From NCBI GenBank assembly GCA_049676905.1, contig JBAUBP010000183.1, positions 1 through 39,244 of the forward strand: a stretch of DNA of 39,244 nucleotides. Direction: 5' to 3'. The translations under genes were made by a program, and so were the position numbers. Positions 18,609 through 27,626 of the stretch are shown piece after piece. The notes beneath the pieces are model-generated. The model was not told the origin of the DNA and ran no database searches. It saw nothing but the letters and a program-made list of their open reading frames with translations. The DNA comes from Candidatus Bathyarchaeia archaeon (GTDB lineage: Archaea > Thermoproteota > Bathyarchaeia > 40CM-2-53-6 > RBG-13-38-9). Every line of letters begins with the position of its first letter. Position 1 is the stretch's first letter.

Positions 18609-18751
18609 TTTCTATTTACCTCATAATTATACAAGTATCGACTCTCCACACTTAACAAATAAACTTTTCTTGTCTGGTAATTGGAAAGCACCAATTTGAA
18701 TGTTGTCTATTCTGGTAGATGCACACGGTGACGAAGGAAAATCGAATAAGA

Positions 18752-18850
18752 TGGTGGGCCGGGAGGGATTTGAACCCTCGACCACCTGCGTGTCAGGCAG
18801 GTATCCTAAATTGCCCTGCATATTCTGCATCCAGACTAGACGACCGGCCC
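18752..18850 (-). tRNA. tRNA-Val (anticodon GAC) with a ~21-nt insertion in the D-loop and an encoded CCA
   Basis: Minus-strand read: GGGCCGG TC GTCT AGTCTGG[ATGCAGAATATGCAGGGCAAT]TTA GGAT A CCTGC CTGACAC GCAGG TGGTC GAGGG TTCAAAT CCCTC CCGGCCC A CCA. Acceptor, anticodon and T arms are perfect. The bracketed block (about 18810-18830) does not fit the cloverleaf. Confidence 0.75.
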
Positions 18851-18874
18851 ATTGACTGACCTGGCTATCCTAGT

Positions 18875-18882
18875 AAATATTT
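18875..18882 (-). promoter_or_regulatory. candidate TATA box for tRNA-Val
   Basis: AAATATTT is centred about 28 nt upstream of the tRNA 5' end and preceded by an AAAAG purine-rich BRE-like stretch on the minus strand. No experimental support. Confidence 0.3.
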
Positions 18883-18998
18883 GAACTTTTAATAATTAGA
18901 ATTCTTTCATTATCATTATGTAACGTAATTCAAACAGTAGTATGGACTTACCAATACTTCTGCAGATAATGTCTAATCTGACGTGCACACTTATCTTT

Positions 18999-19187
18999 TC
19001 AGACTAATCTCGTTCGATTAAGCTTCTTGTTCTGCCATGAATAACTTCTAATACGTTTTGATGAGTTGTAACCACATGCACCGCATCTTCTATTAGAAAG
19101 ACTATAAGAGTGTCTGCCACATCTACGGCACACTATGTGTGATTTTGATCTGCCTTTCAGGCCTAGTGACGGAGTTCCCTTTCCCAT
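18999..19187 (-). CDS. rpl37e: 50S ribosomal protein L37e
   Basis: MGKGTPSLGLKGRSKSHIVCRRCGRHSY...CGACGY, a zinc-ribbon CxxC...CxxC characteristic of L37e. Conserved pairing with the Sm gene. Confidence 0.9.
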   Translation of the reverse strand: MGKGTPSLGLKGRSKSHIVCRRCGRHSYSLSNRRCGACGYNSSKRIRSYSWQNKKLNRTRLV

Positions 19188-19265
19188 GATTTCATCCTCT
19201 CAACAGGTGCCAGATACATTTTTTGAATAAATAATTTCCTTATCGTCGAGTTAGCTATTGTTTCT

Positions 19266-19496
19266 TTAGTGTGCTGGCGGAGGGCTAATAAGTACAACAT
19301 TGTCTCCTCTTACAATAAGAGTACCCAGTTTCTTCGCTTTGTCAACTTCAGTAATGTCTTCGGTATCTTCCAGTACTAAATTCATATGTTGATCATAACT
19401 GTAGAGTTTCCCTCTTACGGTCCTGCCTCCTTTCAACTGAACAAGAACTACCTTGTTGAGGCTCTCTTCGAAGATTTTATTGGCGATCTCGGACAT
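19266..19496 (-). CDS. Sm-like archaeal protein (SmAP/LSm)
   Basis: Sm1/Sm2 motifs: [30 protein letters not shown]...[13 protein letters not shown]. Confidence 0.9.
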   Translation of the reverse strand: MSEIANKIFEESLNKVVLVQLKGGRTVRGKLYSYDQHMNLVLEDTEDITEVDKAKKLGTLIVRGDNVVLISPPPAH

Positions 19497-19553
19497 GATT
19501 TCTCCACACTTGCCAAAGTCTATCTTTAAGGGTTTGAATGCGTCATTTAAGGA

Positions 19554-20063
19554 TTGTCTTTAGATCTCGGTGATGATTTGAATTATCCTAGACGGATGCT
19601 AAAAAAAAGTGAAATCAAGAAGATTTTTCCGGAGATCGACAAGTTCAAGAATGAATTGGGATTTGATGAGAAAAGGACGCGAATCGAAATCATTGTTACC
19701 GACGTTGGGAATCTTTATTTATTTGAGGGTAAGCCGCTCCTTTTCAGATCTGAAGATAAATTGATTCCAACTCTTTTTTTTGAGCGATATATTTCATCAG
19801 CTCCAAAGATCATAGTTGATATGGGAGCAGTTCCACATCTTTGTAATGGTGCGGATGTGATGGCTCCAGGTGTACAGAAAGTAGCGGATGAATTCTCTAA
19901 AGGTGGTTTAGTTTTGATTGTTGACGAAAAATATGGAAAAGGCATTGCAATTGGTGAGGCGCTATTCAATTCTAATGAAATCATTAAGATGAATCAAGGA
20001 AAAATAATTAGAACTCTTCATTATGTTGGAGATAACATATATGAGGTTTCTAAAGGGATTTAG
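19554..20063 (+). CDS. PUA-domain RNA-binding protein (MCT-1/Tma20-like, pre-PUA plus PUA)
   Basis: N-terminal [12 protein letters not shown] pattern and C-terminal PUA-like GADVMAPGV...[24 protein letters not shown] start (alternative ATG at 19596). Confidence 0.7.
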   Translation: MSLDLGDDLNYPRRMLKKSEIKKIFPEIDKFKNELGFDEKRTRIEIIVTDVGNLYLFEGKPLLFRSEDKLIPTLFFERYISSAPKIIVDMGAVPHLCNGADVMAPGVQKVADEFSKGGLVLIVDEKYGKGIAIGEALFNSNEIIKMNQGKIIRTLHYVGDNIYEVSKGI

Positions 20064-20137
20064 TATTTAATGTTAAATTTTAGTAGGAAAATTTTCTTCA
20101 ATCAGAATTATTTCAAGCGGGTAATTTTTGGATCCGA

Positions 20138-22075
20138 CTATCTTACTCTGATGGTTTCTAGATTTTCTGGTGCGATTGTCTCGATTTTAAATAACGCTGA
20201 GATTCCTCCTGCGATATGATCGCATTTTCTCTGTTCTCCGTGATTCGTTATGACTTTTGAAGGTCTGGAAGATATTTTTCTAACAAATTCTATTATTTGA
20301 TTTCTATCCGAGTGTCCTGAGAATCCTTCAAGGGCCTCAGTATTAATTTTGAGCTTAACTGCCTCAGCTTTGCCATTTGGTCCAAAGAGTGTTATGTCTC
20401 TAATACCGTTTCTTATTCGGCTGCCTAAGGTTCCATCGATCTGATAACTGACAAAGATTAGAGTATTCCTCTCATCTGTGCCAATTTGTCTAAGATACTG
20501 TACTGCAGGACCGCCTTCAAGCATACCTGAAGTTGCAAGTATGACTGAGGGGCCTCCGCCAACAATCTCTTCACGTTCACTAGGATGATTCACATTTACG
20601 AAATAGTCTGATTGGAATGGATTAACATCTTGATGGAGTATCTTATCCCTAATCTCTCTTGATAGATACTCTGGAAATGCTGTGTGGATTGCTGTTGCTT
20701 CAGATATCATTCCATCTATGTAGATTGGGGCTTCCATCAGAGTCCCATTCTTCATGTGATTATCAAGAACCATCATTATCTCTTGAGCTCTACCAACAGC
20801 GGGCATAGGTATCAAAACCTTACCACCTCTCTTGAACGCCTCATTTACTGTTGTAACTAATTTGCTCTCAGCATTCGTTCGATTTGGCATCAAATCCTTC
20901 GGTCCGCCATAAGTGCATTCAGTTATTAGAGTCTCTACACGAGGGAAGATTAACGAGGCCGGCTCAAGAAGCATAGTTCTTCCAAACTTGTAATCACTTG
21001 TATATACAATATTATGGAGTCCTTCTCCAATGTGAAGATGGATCATTGACGAGCCCAAAATATGACCTGCATTATGAAGAGTCAATTTCATGTCTGGAGC
21101 GACGTCTGTGACGACGTTATATTTTAGTGGTATTGTATGCATAACGACCTCGCGTACATTCTTCTGATCAAATGGGGCGTATCCTCCTTCTCTACTGGCC
21201 ACATCTAGATAGTCGAGTTGCAGGAGGGTCATTAATACGGAAGTTGGTTCCGAACAATAGACTGGTCCATCAAATCCATATTTATAAAGGAATGGCACCA
21301 ATCCGCAGTGATCTAGATGTGAATGAGAAATTATCACAGCATCAAGCTTCTCGATATTAAACTCGTCCAAGTCTAGTCTTGGATAGGCACGGTTAGGATC
21401 CTGTGATCCTGGATTTATTCCACAATCCAAGAGTACTGTGCTTTCATTAGCTTCAATCATTATGCATGAGCGTCCAACCTCGCGTGAACCTCCTAGTGGA
21501 GTGATTCTAATGTTATTCACTTTACTCAGAGTTGGTCTAAATATTCTCTCACCAACTTCGCGAAGGATTCGGCTTCTCTCTTCACTCTCGGTGTATGTCA
21601 TATGTCTCATTGTTGCGATAATTTTTGATGGAAGTGGTTGGGCTCTCAGAACTCGAGGCCGCCATCCTGTGGCTTTTGTTACCTCTTGTAGTATAAGTCC
21701 GTCTTTTCCAATAGCTAGACCAGGTTTCTTTGCTTCTATTATTACTTCGCCTAGACTAGGATCGAAATTTATTGATGTAATAGCAGCGTCTGTAGGCATG
21801 AATTTTGTAATAATCTCTTCAGCTTTCTTCTCAGCCTTTCTGATGGAGGGATCCGAACGGATTACTATGCGTTTGTGTATGAGGTTAACTATATCGGTTA
21901 CTAGATGACTCTGTTCGACGAGAAGATTCAAATTCTTAACATATATGGCAAGTCTCGGGCCCTCAAATTCTATTCTGGTAACTTCCGCCTCTTTTGGCAT
22001 ATTCTCCAATATGACCGACATAATTTTCGAATGGTTACTAATTTTAGGATTGTTACTATTGAGGATCTTTGGCAC
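20138..22075 (-). CDS. fttA: aCPSF1/FttA-type beta-CASP ribonuclease (two KH domains plus metallo-beta-lactamase plus beta-CASP)
   Basis: N-terminal KH region (RIEFEGPRLAIYVKN...), the MBL motif ISHSHLDHCG and a beta-CASP/C-terminal His region. The true start may be the Met at 22021. Confidence 0.9.
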   Translation of the reverse strand: MPKILNSNNPKISNHSKIMSVILENMPKEAEVTRIEFEGPRLAIYVKNLNLLVEQSHLVTDIVNLIHKRIVIRSDPSIRKAEKKAEEIITKFMPTDAAITSINFDPSLGEVIIEAKKPGLAIGKDGLILQEVTKATGWRPRVLRAQPLPSKIIATMRHMTYTESEERSRILREVGERIFRPTLSKVNNIRITPLGGSREVGRSCIMIEANESTVLLDCGINPGSQDPNRAYPRLDLDEFNIEKLDAVIISHSHLDHCGLVPFLYKYGFDGPVYCSEPTSVLMTLLQLDYLDVASREGGYAPFDQKNVREVVMHTIPLKYNVVTDVAPDMKLTLHNAGHILGSSMIHLHIGEGLHNIVYTSDYKFGRTMLLEPASLIFPRVETLITECTYGGPKDLMPNRTNAESKLVTTVNEAFKRGGKVLIPMPAVGRAQEIMMVLDNHMKNGTLMEAPIYIDGMISEATAIHTAFPEYLSREIRDKILHQDVNPFQSDYFVNVNHPSEREEIVGGGPSVILATSGMLEGGPAVQYLRQIGTDERNTLIFVSYQIDGTLGSRIRNGIRDITLFGPNGKAEAVKLKINTEALEGFSGHSDRNQIIEFVRKISSRPSKVITNHGEQRKCDHIAGGISALFKIETIAPENLETIRVR

Positions 22076-22112
22076 TTAGATTCACTCTGATGGTAGATAC
22101 CGTAGATTATCT

Positions 22113-22757
22113 TCAGTTTTTAGAAACGAGTGTTTTCTTCTCTTCTTCACTTAGTTCTCTGTAACCGTCTTTCGTAATTATAGCGATATCGAAGTTATCT
22201 CCGCTAGCAGCATCTCTTTTCATAGCAGAAGTTATGGCTCTCAATACTATTGGAATGGTCTCTTTTATAGACATTCCTTCTTTGAATTGGGCTTCAAGGA
22301 CACCATATGCGATGGGCGAACCAGAGCCTGTAGAAACACATGTCTCTTCAGTGAGGCTTCCTAAGGGATCAAGTGCAAAGATTTTGGGCCCTGTGTTGTC
22401 AACACCGCCTATTAGAGCTTGTAATATGAATGGCATTAATCTTGAAGAGAAGAGTATGTTTGCAACTAGTCTCGAGGCAGCTCTGACAGGCATAACTACT
22501 CCATTCTGTAAATTATAGATCCTTGAGTTTGCTTTCAAAATGTCTACCATGGCTTGAGCATCGGCAACTGAACCTGCAATAGTCATAGCGATATGATCTG
22601 CAATTGGGTAAACCTTTTTTGCATTTTTATGTGCAACGAAATAACCCATTGTTGCTCTAGTATCGGTTGCTAAGACGACACCGTCTTTGCAGGCAACTCC
22701 TATCGTAGTAGTTCCTTTTGCAATCTTTTCATTAAGTTCTTTTGATACGGGATACAT
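22113..22757 (-). CDS. psmB: proteasome beta subunit (with propeptide)
   Basis: Propeptide followed by the catalytic G|TTTIGVACKDGVVLATD. Confidence 0.9.
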   Translation of the reverse strand: MYPVSKELNEKIAKGTTTIGVACKDGVVLATDTRATMGYFVAHKNAKKVYPIADHIAMTIAGSVADAQAMVDILKANSRIYNLQNGVVMPVRAASRLVANILFSSRLMPFILQALIGGVDNTGPKIFALDPLGSLTEETCVSTGSGSPIAYGVLEAQFKEGMSIKETIPIVLRAITSAMKRDAASGDNFDIAIITKDGYRELSEEEKKTLVSKN

Positions 22758-22872
22758 ATATGAATGCCCTCAATAAATTTCAAGGTAGTCTCAGAAGAAT
22801 CGCTCAAGATGCCTTGGCGATTGTTATCTCACAAACCTCAACAACTTAAAAATCTTTCGTGGAAGTTGAAAC

Positions 22873-23322
22873 ATGTTGCAAAAAGTTACATTGATTGGGA
22901 AAAAGCAAGCGCGAAAGGGGTTTAGATTTCTGTTTGAAGGTGAAGCAGGACTCTGCTCAGGTTGCAGTGTTAAAAAAGTTTGTGTAGGAAATTTGAAGCC
23001 TGGTAGGCTATATGAGATTGTGAAGATTTCTGATAAGAGTTTTCCTTGTATTCTCCATTCTGAGGAAGCTGTTGTTGTTGAGGTAAGTGAACCGCTTATT
23101 GATGCAGCAATATTTTCTAAAACCGCAATTAGTGGCGCGTTAATAAAGTATGAGAAACATGAATGCGATAAGTGGGATTGTGATCATTGGAATAGATGTT
23201 TCCCTTCAGGTCTAACTAAAGGTGATAGATGCAAGGTGGATAAAGTTAAGGGGTCTTTGTCGTGTCCTTTGGGGTTTCAGCTTCTTTTGGTTTCTCTTCA
23301 GATGCAGGATGAGGTTTCCTAA
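22873..23322 (+). CDS. UPF0179-family Cys-rich protein
   Basis: VTLIGKKQARKGFRFLFEGEAGLCSGCSVKKVCVGNLKPGRLYEI...HECDKWDCDHWNRCFPSGLTKGDRCKV resembles archaeal UPF0179 proteins as I recall them. Confidence 0.55.
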   Translation: MLQKVTLIGKKQARKGFRFLFEGEAGLCSGCSVKKVCVGNLKPGRLYEIVKISDKSFPCILHSEEAVVVEVSEPLIDAAIFSKTAISGALIKYEKHECDKWDCDHWNRCFPSGLTKGDRCKVDKVKGSLSCPLGFQLLLVSLQMQDEVS

Positions 23323-24004
23323 ATATCTCTAGGAAAGATATTGTGCTTGTTTCAGGCAAGAATTTCTGTATATCGTTTGATATTGCCTTTTTTGCGAGTT
23401 GTAGTCCTTCAATGAATAAAGCATCCTCTGGGAGCTCCATTGTACACTCGTTCTGAGTTAAATTGATTTTAAATTTGTCAGCCGCAATCATCGGTAATCT
23501 TCTATGCAGAATTGCTTTGATCTTTTCATCATTTGTTTCAATAATCCTTTGAAGTTTCACGTCGTAGATCAGTATCTTGCCAGCCAAGGGATGGTTAAAA
23601 TCAACTTGAACTCTTCCAGCACCTACAGATCTTACAAGTGCAGATCTTCCATCTATTTGTACTCGGGCGCCTGGAACTGGGTTGATCTGTTCATTTCTAA
23701 AACGCTTCATAGGTATTAGTCGCATTTTAGATGAGTCTCGTTGACCATACCCTTTTTCGGGAGTGACCTCAACTGTTATCTCCTTATCTGGTTCAAGATT
23801 CAGTAGAGCTTCATCCAGTCCTTCTGGGACTTCTTTTTCGCCGACAACGATGAACATGGGCTCGTAAATGTTTTCACTTTGATGTATTTTCGCTTCTTTT
23901 GCTACCTTTTCTAAGGTTGTTTCTATGATCTCACTATTTTCCTTTATCTTAGTTGTGAAATCTATTAGTGCAAAATCACCTTTTTTCATTGGCATCTCGT
24001 ACAC
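23246..24004 (-). CDS. long-type archaeal FKBP peptidyl-prolyl isomerase/chaperone
   Basis: KKGDFALIDFTTKI..., PEKGYGQRD and NHPLAGKILIYDVKL are FKBP/SlyD-type motifs. There is an extra C-terminal domain and an acidic/Lys tail. Confidence 0.75.
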   Translation of the reverse strand: MYEMPMKKGDFALIDFTTKIKENSEIIETTLEKVAKEAKIHQSENIYEPMFIVVGEKEVPEGLDEALLNLEPDKEITVEVTPEKGYGQRDSSKMRLIPMKRFRNEQINPVPGARVQIDGRSALVRSVGAGRVQVDFNHPLAGKILIYDVKLQRIIETNDEKIKAILHRRLPMIAADKFKINLTQNECTMELPEDALFIEGLQLAKKAISNDIQKFLPETSTISFLEIFRKPHPASEEKPKEAETPKDTTKTP

Positions 24005-24064
24005 CCAAAGATATCATATTAAGGCGATCTTGCCAGCTTATTAATGCTAGTTTCAGTCAATTAG

Positions 24065-26221
24065 TCAAGTTAATCCTAGTATTTCTGTAACTCTAAAGCA
24101 GAGGATGCCGTTATCTCGGTATAGAGTGCCACGTGCTATAAATGTTGAATCTTTTTTTAGGAGAGTTGGTGATCCTTCAAAGTCCTCTGGCAGGATTCTG
24201 GCTCTCCAACGGTCATTTATCCATGCGATGACTTTTCCGGGGTAGACTGTCTCAACTATTATCTTAAAAACATCTTTTTCATTTCTACTCTGAGAATGAT
24301 CTTGTCTTGAGGCAACCTTTATTGAGGCGACACGGTCCCAGCCGAGTCTCATTATATGGCCTGAATCCTCAAGTTTGTTTATCGCGGCCATGACAGCATT
24401 TGGTGATATACCATCTAAAGTAAGATTATTTGTTATGCTTTCGATATTGGCTCCTTTATGTCCAATTTTCATAGTTTCAGATAATATACTTCTTGATGCC
24501 CTATTAACCTCGGCTAGGAATCTTTTACCTTCATTCTTTGGTATTGGTTCGACTGTATTACCATGATCGCGTTCCTCAGCTTTCATTTCGAATGTTTTCA
24601 ATTCGCCGTTAGTAAGTGGCATCTCTTCAGGCTTTGGCCCTAATCGGATCAATGGTTTTAGATCTTGATTGAGAAGGCGTGTGATTTTATGCATTTTTTC
24701 GACTCTCTTCTTGCTTGCATAAACATATGCAATATCGAAAGTGTCTTTTGCTGCTAAGATGATCGCTCTACCTGCTGCTTTTCTTCCTGTCCGTCCTTTT
24801 CTTTGGATATGACGAATCTCGCTTGGGACAGGTTCGTAGAAAATTACAAGCTCCACGCTAGGTATGTCTAAACCTTCTTCAGCGACGCAGGTTGCAACAA
24901 GGATTTTAATTTCTCCAGAATCAAAATCTCTAAGAATTTCTGTTTGCTCATCCTGACTTAACCCAATGTCTTTATCCTTGGTTGCTTGTCCAACAAATCT
25001 TTCAACTCTCACTTCAAGACTTTCATTTAATACTCGAACTAGATCTTTTGCAGTGTCTCTGTATTGCGTAAAAACTATGATTCGAGAAGCTGGTTTGCGG
25101 ATAAATTGCTGCTTAATCTCGTCTAATAGTAAGTCTATTTTGGGGTGATGGATATCTTTCGACTCATCTATGTTTTTTCTCAGTGTCTGAAATTTGTGGT
25201 GCTTGACGATTGTTCGATAACTTCTCTTTGAGTTGTTTGTTGATTCTATCTTATCTATAAAATGTGCTAGAATATTGATCCCTTGTGTTTCGAGAAGCTC
25301 GAGAGCATGGAACAGTGTTAGGGAGGCTGATTGTGCTACTATCGCACTAAATATTGGGCCTTTACTTGTTTCAGAGCTTCGAGAAATTTTGCTTCTCAGA
25401 AATTCTCCTACCTCTAATAAATCTCGTCTTGTTGTGTAGTCTATATTTTTTTGCAAGTAACCTAGTCTACGAAGCCAGCTGAGTCTTTCGTTTATAAGTT
25501 CTCTAAGATCATACTTTATTTTCAAATATTCTTCAGGTAATTCAACAAATTTCCATTCTGTCTGTACTGGATTTATATATGGTACAACATCAACATCTTC
25601 TTCAGTTCTATATTCTATTTGCTCTATGAAGAGAGCTCTACATACCTCTTCGGCACGTTTTCTTTCAGCTCCAGGGCTAGCAGTGGTTCCTAATATTATC
25701 GGCCATGGGGCTCTCTCCATATACTTTTTCGCAACATAGGTGTATGCATAATCTCTTGTAGCCCTGTGGCATTCATCAAAGACAAGTAGGCTGAACTGTC
25801 TCAAGTCTATGTATTTTCGGATAAGATCATTTTTCACAACTTGAGGTGTTGCGAAGAAGAGGCGGTTTTTACCCCTCCAGATTGCCTCTCGATTTCTATT
25901 CGCTATCTTGCCTGTAAGAACAATAGCCTCATCGTTAGGTATCTTTAGGATTTCAAGGAAGGATTGATGATGTTGAAGTACCAAAGGTCTAGTAGGGGCC
26001 ATCATTAGAATGCGGGTCTGTTTTTGATTGAATAGAAAATGTGCGGCAACGAGTGCTGTTATAACAGTCTTTCCGAGAGCTGTCGGAAGAACAACAAGTG
26101 TGTTTCTAAGTCGAGCTTTAGCAGCTATGGTCTCCTGATAAAGTCTTGTATCTATTCGTTCATATCTTATCAGAGGGTTTGTCCCTTCGCTATCATGTTG
26201 GATACTCGTTTTCATGACCAA
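24065..26221 (-). CDS. hef: Hef/FANCM-family SF2 helicase with a non-nuclease C-terminal region (wH-like plus beta-rich domain)
   Basis: Motif I LPTALGKT, motif II FDECH, helical insertion domain, motif VI HIQRKGRTGR. The last ~200 aa lack an ERK-type XPF nuclease motif. Instead they show ISPNAVMAAINKLEDSGHIMRLG (wH-like) and a beta-rich C-terminus. Confidence 0.8.
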   Translation of the reverse strand: MVMKTSIQHDSEGTNPLIRYERIDTRLYQETIAAKARLRNTLVVLPTALGKTVITALVAAHFLFNQKQTRILMMAPTRPLVLQHHQSFLEILKIPNDEAIVLTGKIANRNREAIWRGKNRLFFATPQVVKNDLIRKYIDLRQFSLLVFDECHRATRDYAYTYVAKKYMERAPWPIILGTTASPGAERKRAEEVCRALFIEQIEYRTEEDVDVVPYINPVQTEWKFVELPEEYLKIKYDLRELINERLSWLRRLGYLQKNIDYTTRRDLLEVGEFLRSKISRSSETSKGPIFSAIVAQSASLTLFHALELLETQGINILAHFIDKIESTNNSKRSYRTIVKHHKFQTLRKNIDESKDIHHPKIDLLLDEIKQQFIRKPASRIIVFTQYRDTAKDLVRVLNESLEVRVERFVGQATKDKDIGLSQDEQTEILRDFDSGEIKILVATCVAEEGLDIPSVELVIFYEPVPSEIRHIQRKGRTGRKAAGRAIILAAKDTFDIAYVYASKKRVEKMHKITRLLNQDLKPLIRLGPKPEEMPLTNGELKTFEMKAEERDHGNTVEPIPKNEGKRFLAEVNRASRSILSETMKIGHKGANIESITNNLTLDGISPNAVMAAINKLEDSGHIMRLGWDRVASIKVASRQDHSQSRNEKDVFKIIVETVYPGKVIAWINDRWRARILPEDFEGSPTLLKKDSTFIARGTLYRDNGILCFRVTEILGLT

Positions 26222-26422
26222 ATGCTACTCTAATTTGATTTTTTCAGTATATATTACCGCTAATGCAATAGTTAATAATTAATTATAGCCCTCTTACAGC
26301 CTTCGTGAAGTATACTGATAGATATAATATGTAATTGATATTGGAAGAAAGAACATAACTTTTTCAAAAGAAATCAGAATTAAATTAAACAATTCGAAAG
26401 ATTCGAAACAAGACTCAGATGG

Positions 26423-26818
26423 ATGGTGCGTATTACGACTGAAAATAGTGATATGGTCAGAATCCATCCCTTAGATCAACTTTACGATAGAGAAGGTCAT
26501 GAGACTGGAAGATACAGCTTGAGAATTGAGTTCGATGCGGTTATGAAGGTTAATCGGCGAAAGACGAGACATGAAATTCATAAAAAGGCATCTGAGATGT
26601 TCGAAGTAGTTTTTAAAAAACAAAAGGATATTGATGAGGTTGAAATAGTGGCTGTTATTCCACAAAGAAATCCGAACGAGAATGCTATTGGTATGGTTAT
26701 TAAAATGAAAATGAACCGGACCATTGCTGAGAAAGTAAATTGGAAAACATTCAAGCCAAACAATTTACCTAGAATTATAGAGACATATTGGGTCCATCCG
26801 TCATTGCTTTCAGAGTAA
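26423..26818 (+). CDS. hypothetical protein (131 aa), no recognisable motif
   Basis: Clean ORF in an otherwise gene-free interval, divergent from the helicase gene. The charged, mixed composition is unlike antisense shadow ORFs. Confidence 0.4.
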   Translation: MVRITTENSDMVRIHPLDQLYDREGHETGRYSLRIEFDAVMKVNRRKTRHEIHKKASEMFEVVFKKQKDIDEVEIVAVIPQRNPNENAIGMVIKMKMNRTIAEKVNWKTFKPNNLPRIIETYWVHPSLLSE

Positions 26819-26837
26819 CAGCGCGCGCTAGATTGAT

Positions 26838-27497
26838 TCATTTTAACTTTACATGAATCTTTTCGTCAAATTCAATTATGGCATATCTACCCATGTGAGC
26901 TGGACCTGGGTTAACGATAATTGTTTCACCTATTTTGTCAATTCCTCTCGCCTCATGAATGTGTCCAGTTACTACTAACACTGGTTTTTTTGATTCAATA
27001 AACTGTCGAACAGATATACTTCCAGCATGGATTCCAATGGCCGTTCTATCGAGTTTTGTGTCTTTTGGAGGGCAATGTGAGATCAAGATCATATTTTTTT
27101 TCTTTGCACATTTTGAAAAAGCTTGACTAAGTATCTTTGTAATCTCATTTTCCGCAAATTCCAAATGAGTATTGAATGGAGTATAAACGGAACCGCCCAC
27201 ACCGATTAGAGAATAATTGTCAAGGCTCTCACATCTTCCATGGAGATTCTTGATATTTCTTTCATTCCAGTTCATTAGTTCTGGGGAGTCCATGTTTCCT
27301 GGGACGAAAAACACATCCTTTTGAGAGCTATTCAATACCTGTAAAAGATTGACGGCTTCGTTGAGACTACCGTGGGAGATATCGCCGGCGATCAAAATTG
27401 CATCTGGATGTTCTTCCGCAATTTTGTTGGCCGCTTCCCTAGCTGCGTTTTGGCTTCTATGTATGTCCGTTAATGCTAAAACCTTCAACGACCTCAC
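26838..27497 (-). CDS. calcineurin-like metallophosphoesterase (YfcE/MJ0936-like)
   Basis: Motifs LALTDIH, AGDISH, GNMDS, ISHCPP, GHIHE. Confidence 0.8.
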   Translation of the reverse strand: MRSLKVLALTDIHRSQNAAREAANKIAEEHPDAILIAGDISHGSLNEAVNLLQVLNSSQKDVFFVPGNMDSPELMNWNERNIKNLHGRCESLDNYSLIGVGGSVYTPFNTHLEFAENEITKILSQAFSKCAKKKNMILISHCPPKDTKLDRTAIGIHAGSISVRQFIESKKPVLVVTGHIHEARGIDKIGETIIVNPGPAHMGRYAIIEFDEKIHVKLK

Positions 27498-27626
27498 GGT
27501 TTAGAAATGGTTACTTGTATGCTTCTCATAAGTGAGATGGTATAGAGTACGCTTAAGGGGGAAGTTCCTATCAGGTTAGTAGGAATATTATCAGATTTCG
27601 GTCTTCGTGATTCTTATGTTGCCCAA

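Noticed and set aside
18627-18830. 67-aa minus-strand ORF
   Set aside because: It overlaps most of the tRNA-Val gene and its downstream flank, and its translation reads through tRNA sequence. Spurious.
26820-26829. AGCGCGCGCT, a perfect GC-only palindrome between convergent genes
   Set aside because: It is too short and loop-less to be a terminator hairpin. It may simply be a chance or restriction-site-like sequence, with no second copy in the window.
27543-27545. In-frame TAG upstream of the DUF62 gene as a pyrrolysine or recoded codon
   Set aside because: It is a single instance only 2 codons after an ATG. No pyl genes or other in-frame TAGs appear in the window, and the residue would lie outside the conserved domain. 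Non-canonical initiation or a sequence error is more parsimonious. It is kept only as an alternative in the related finding.
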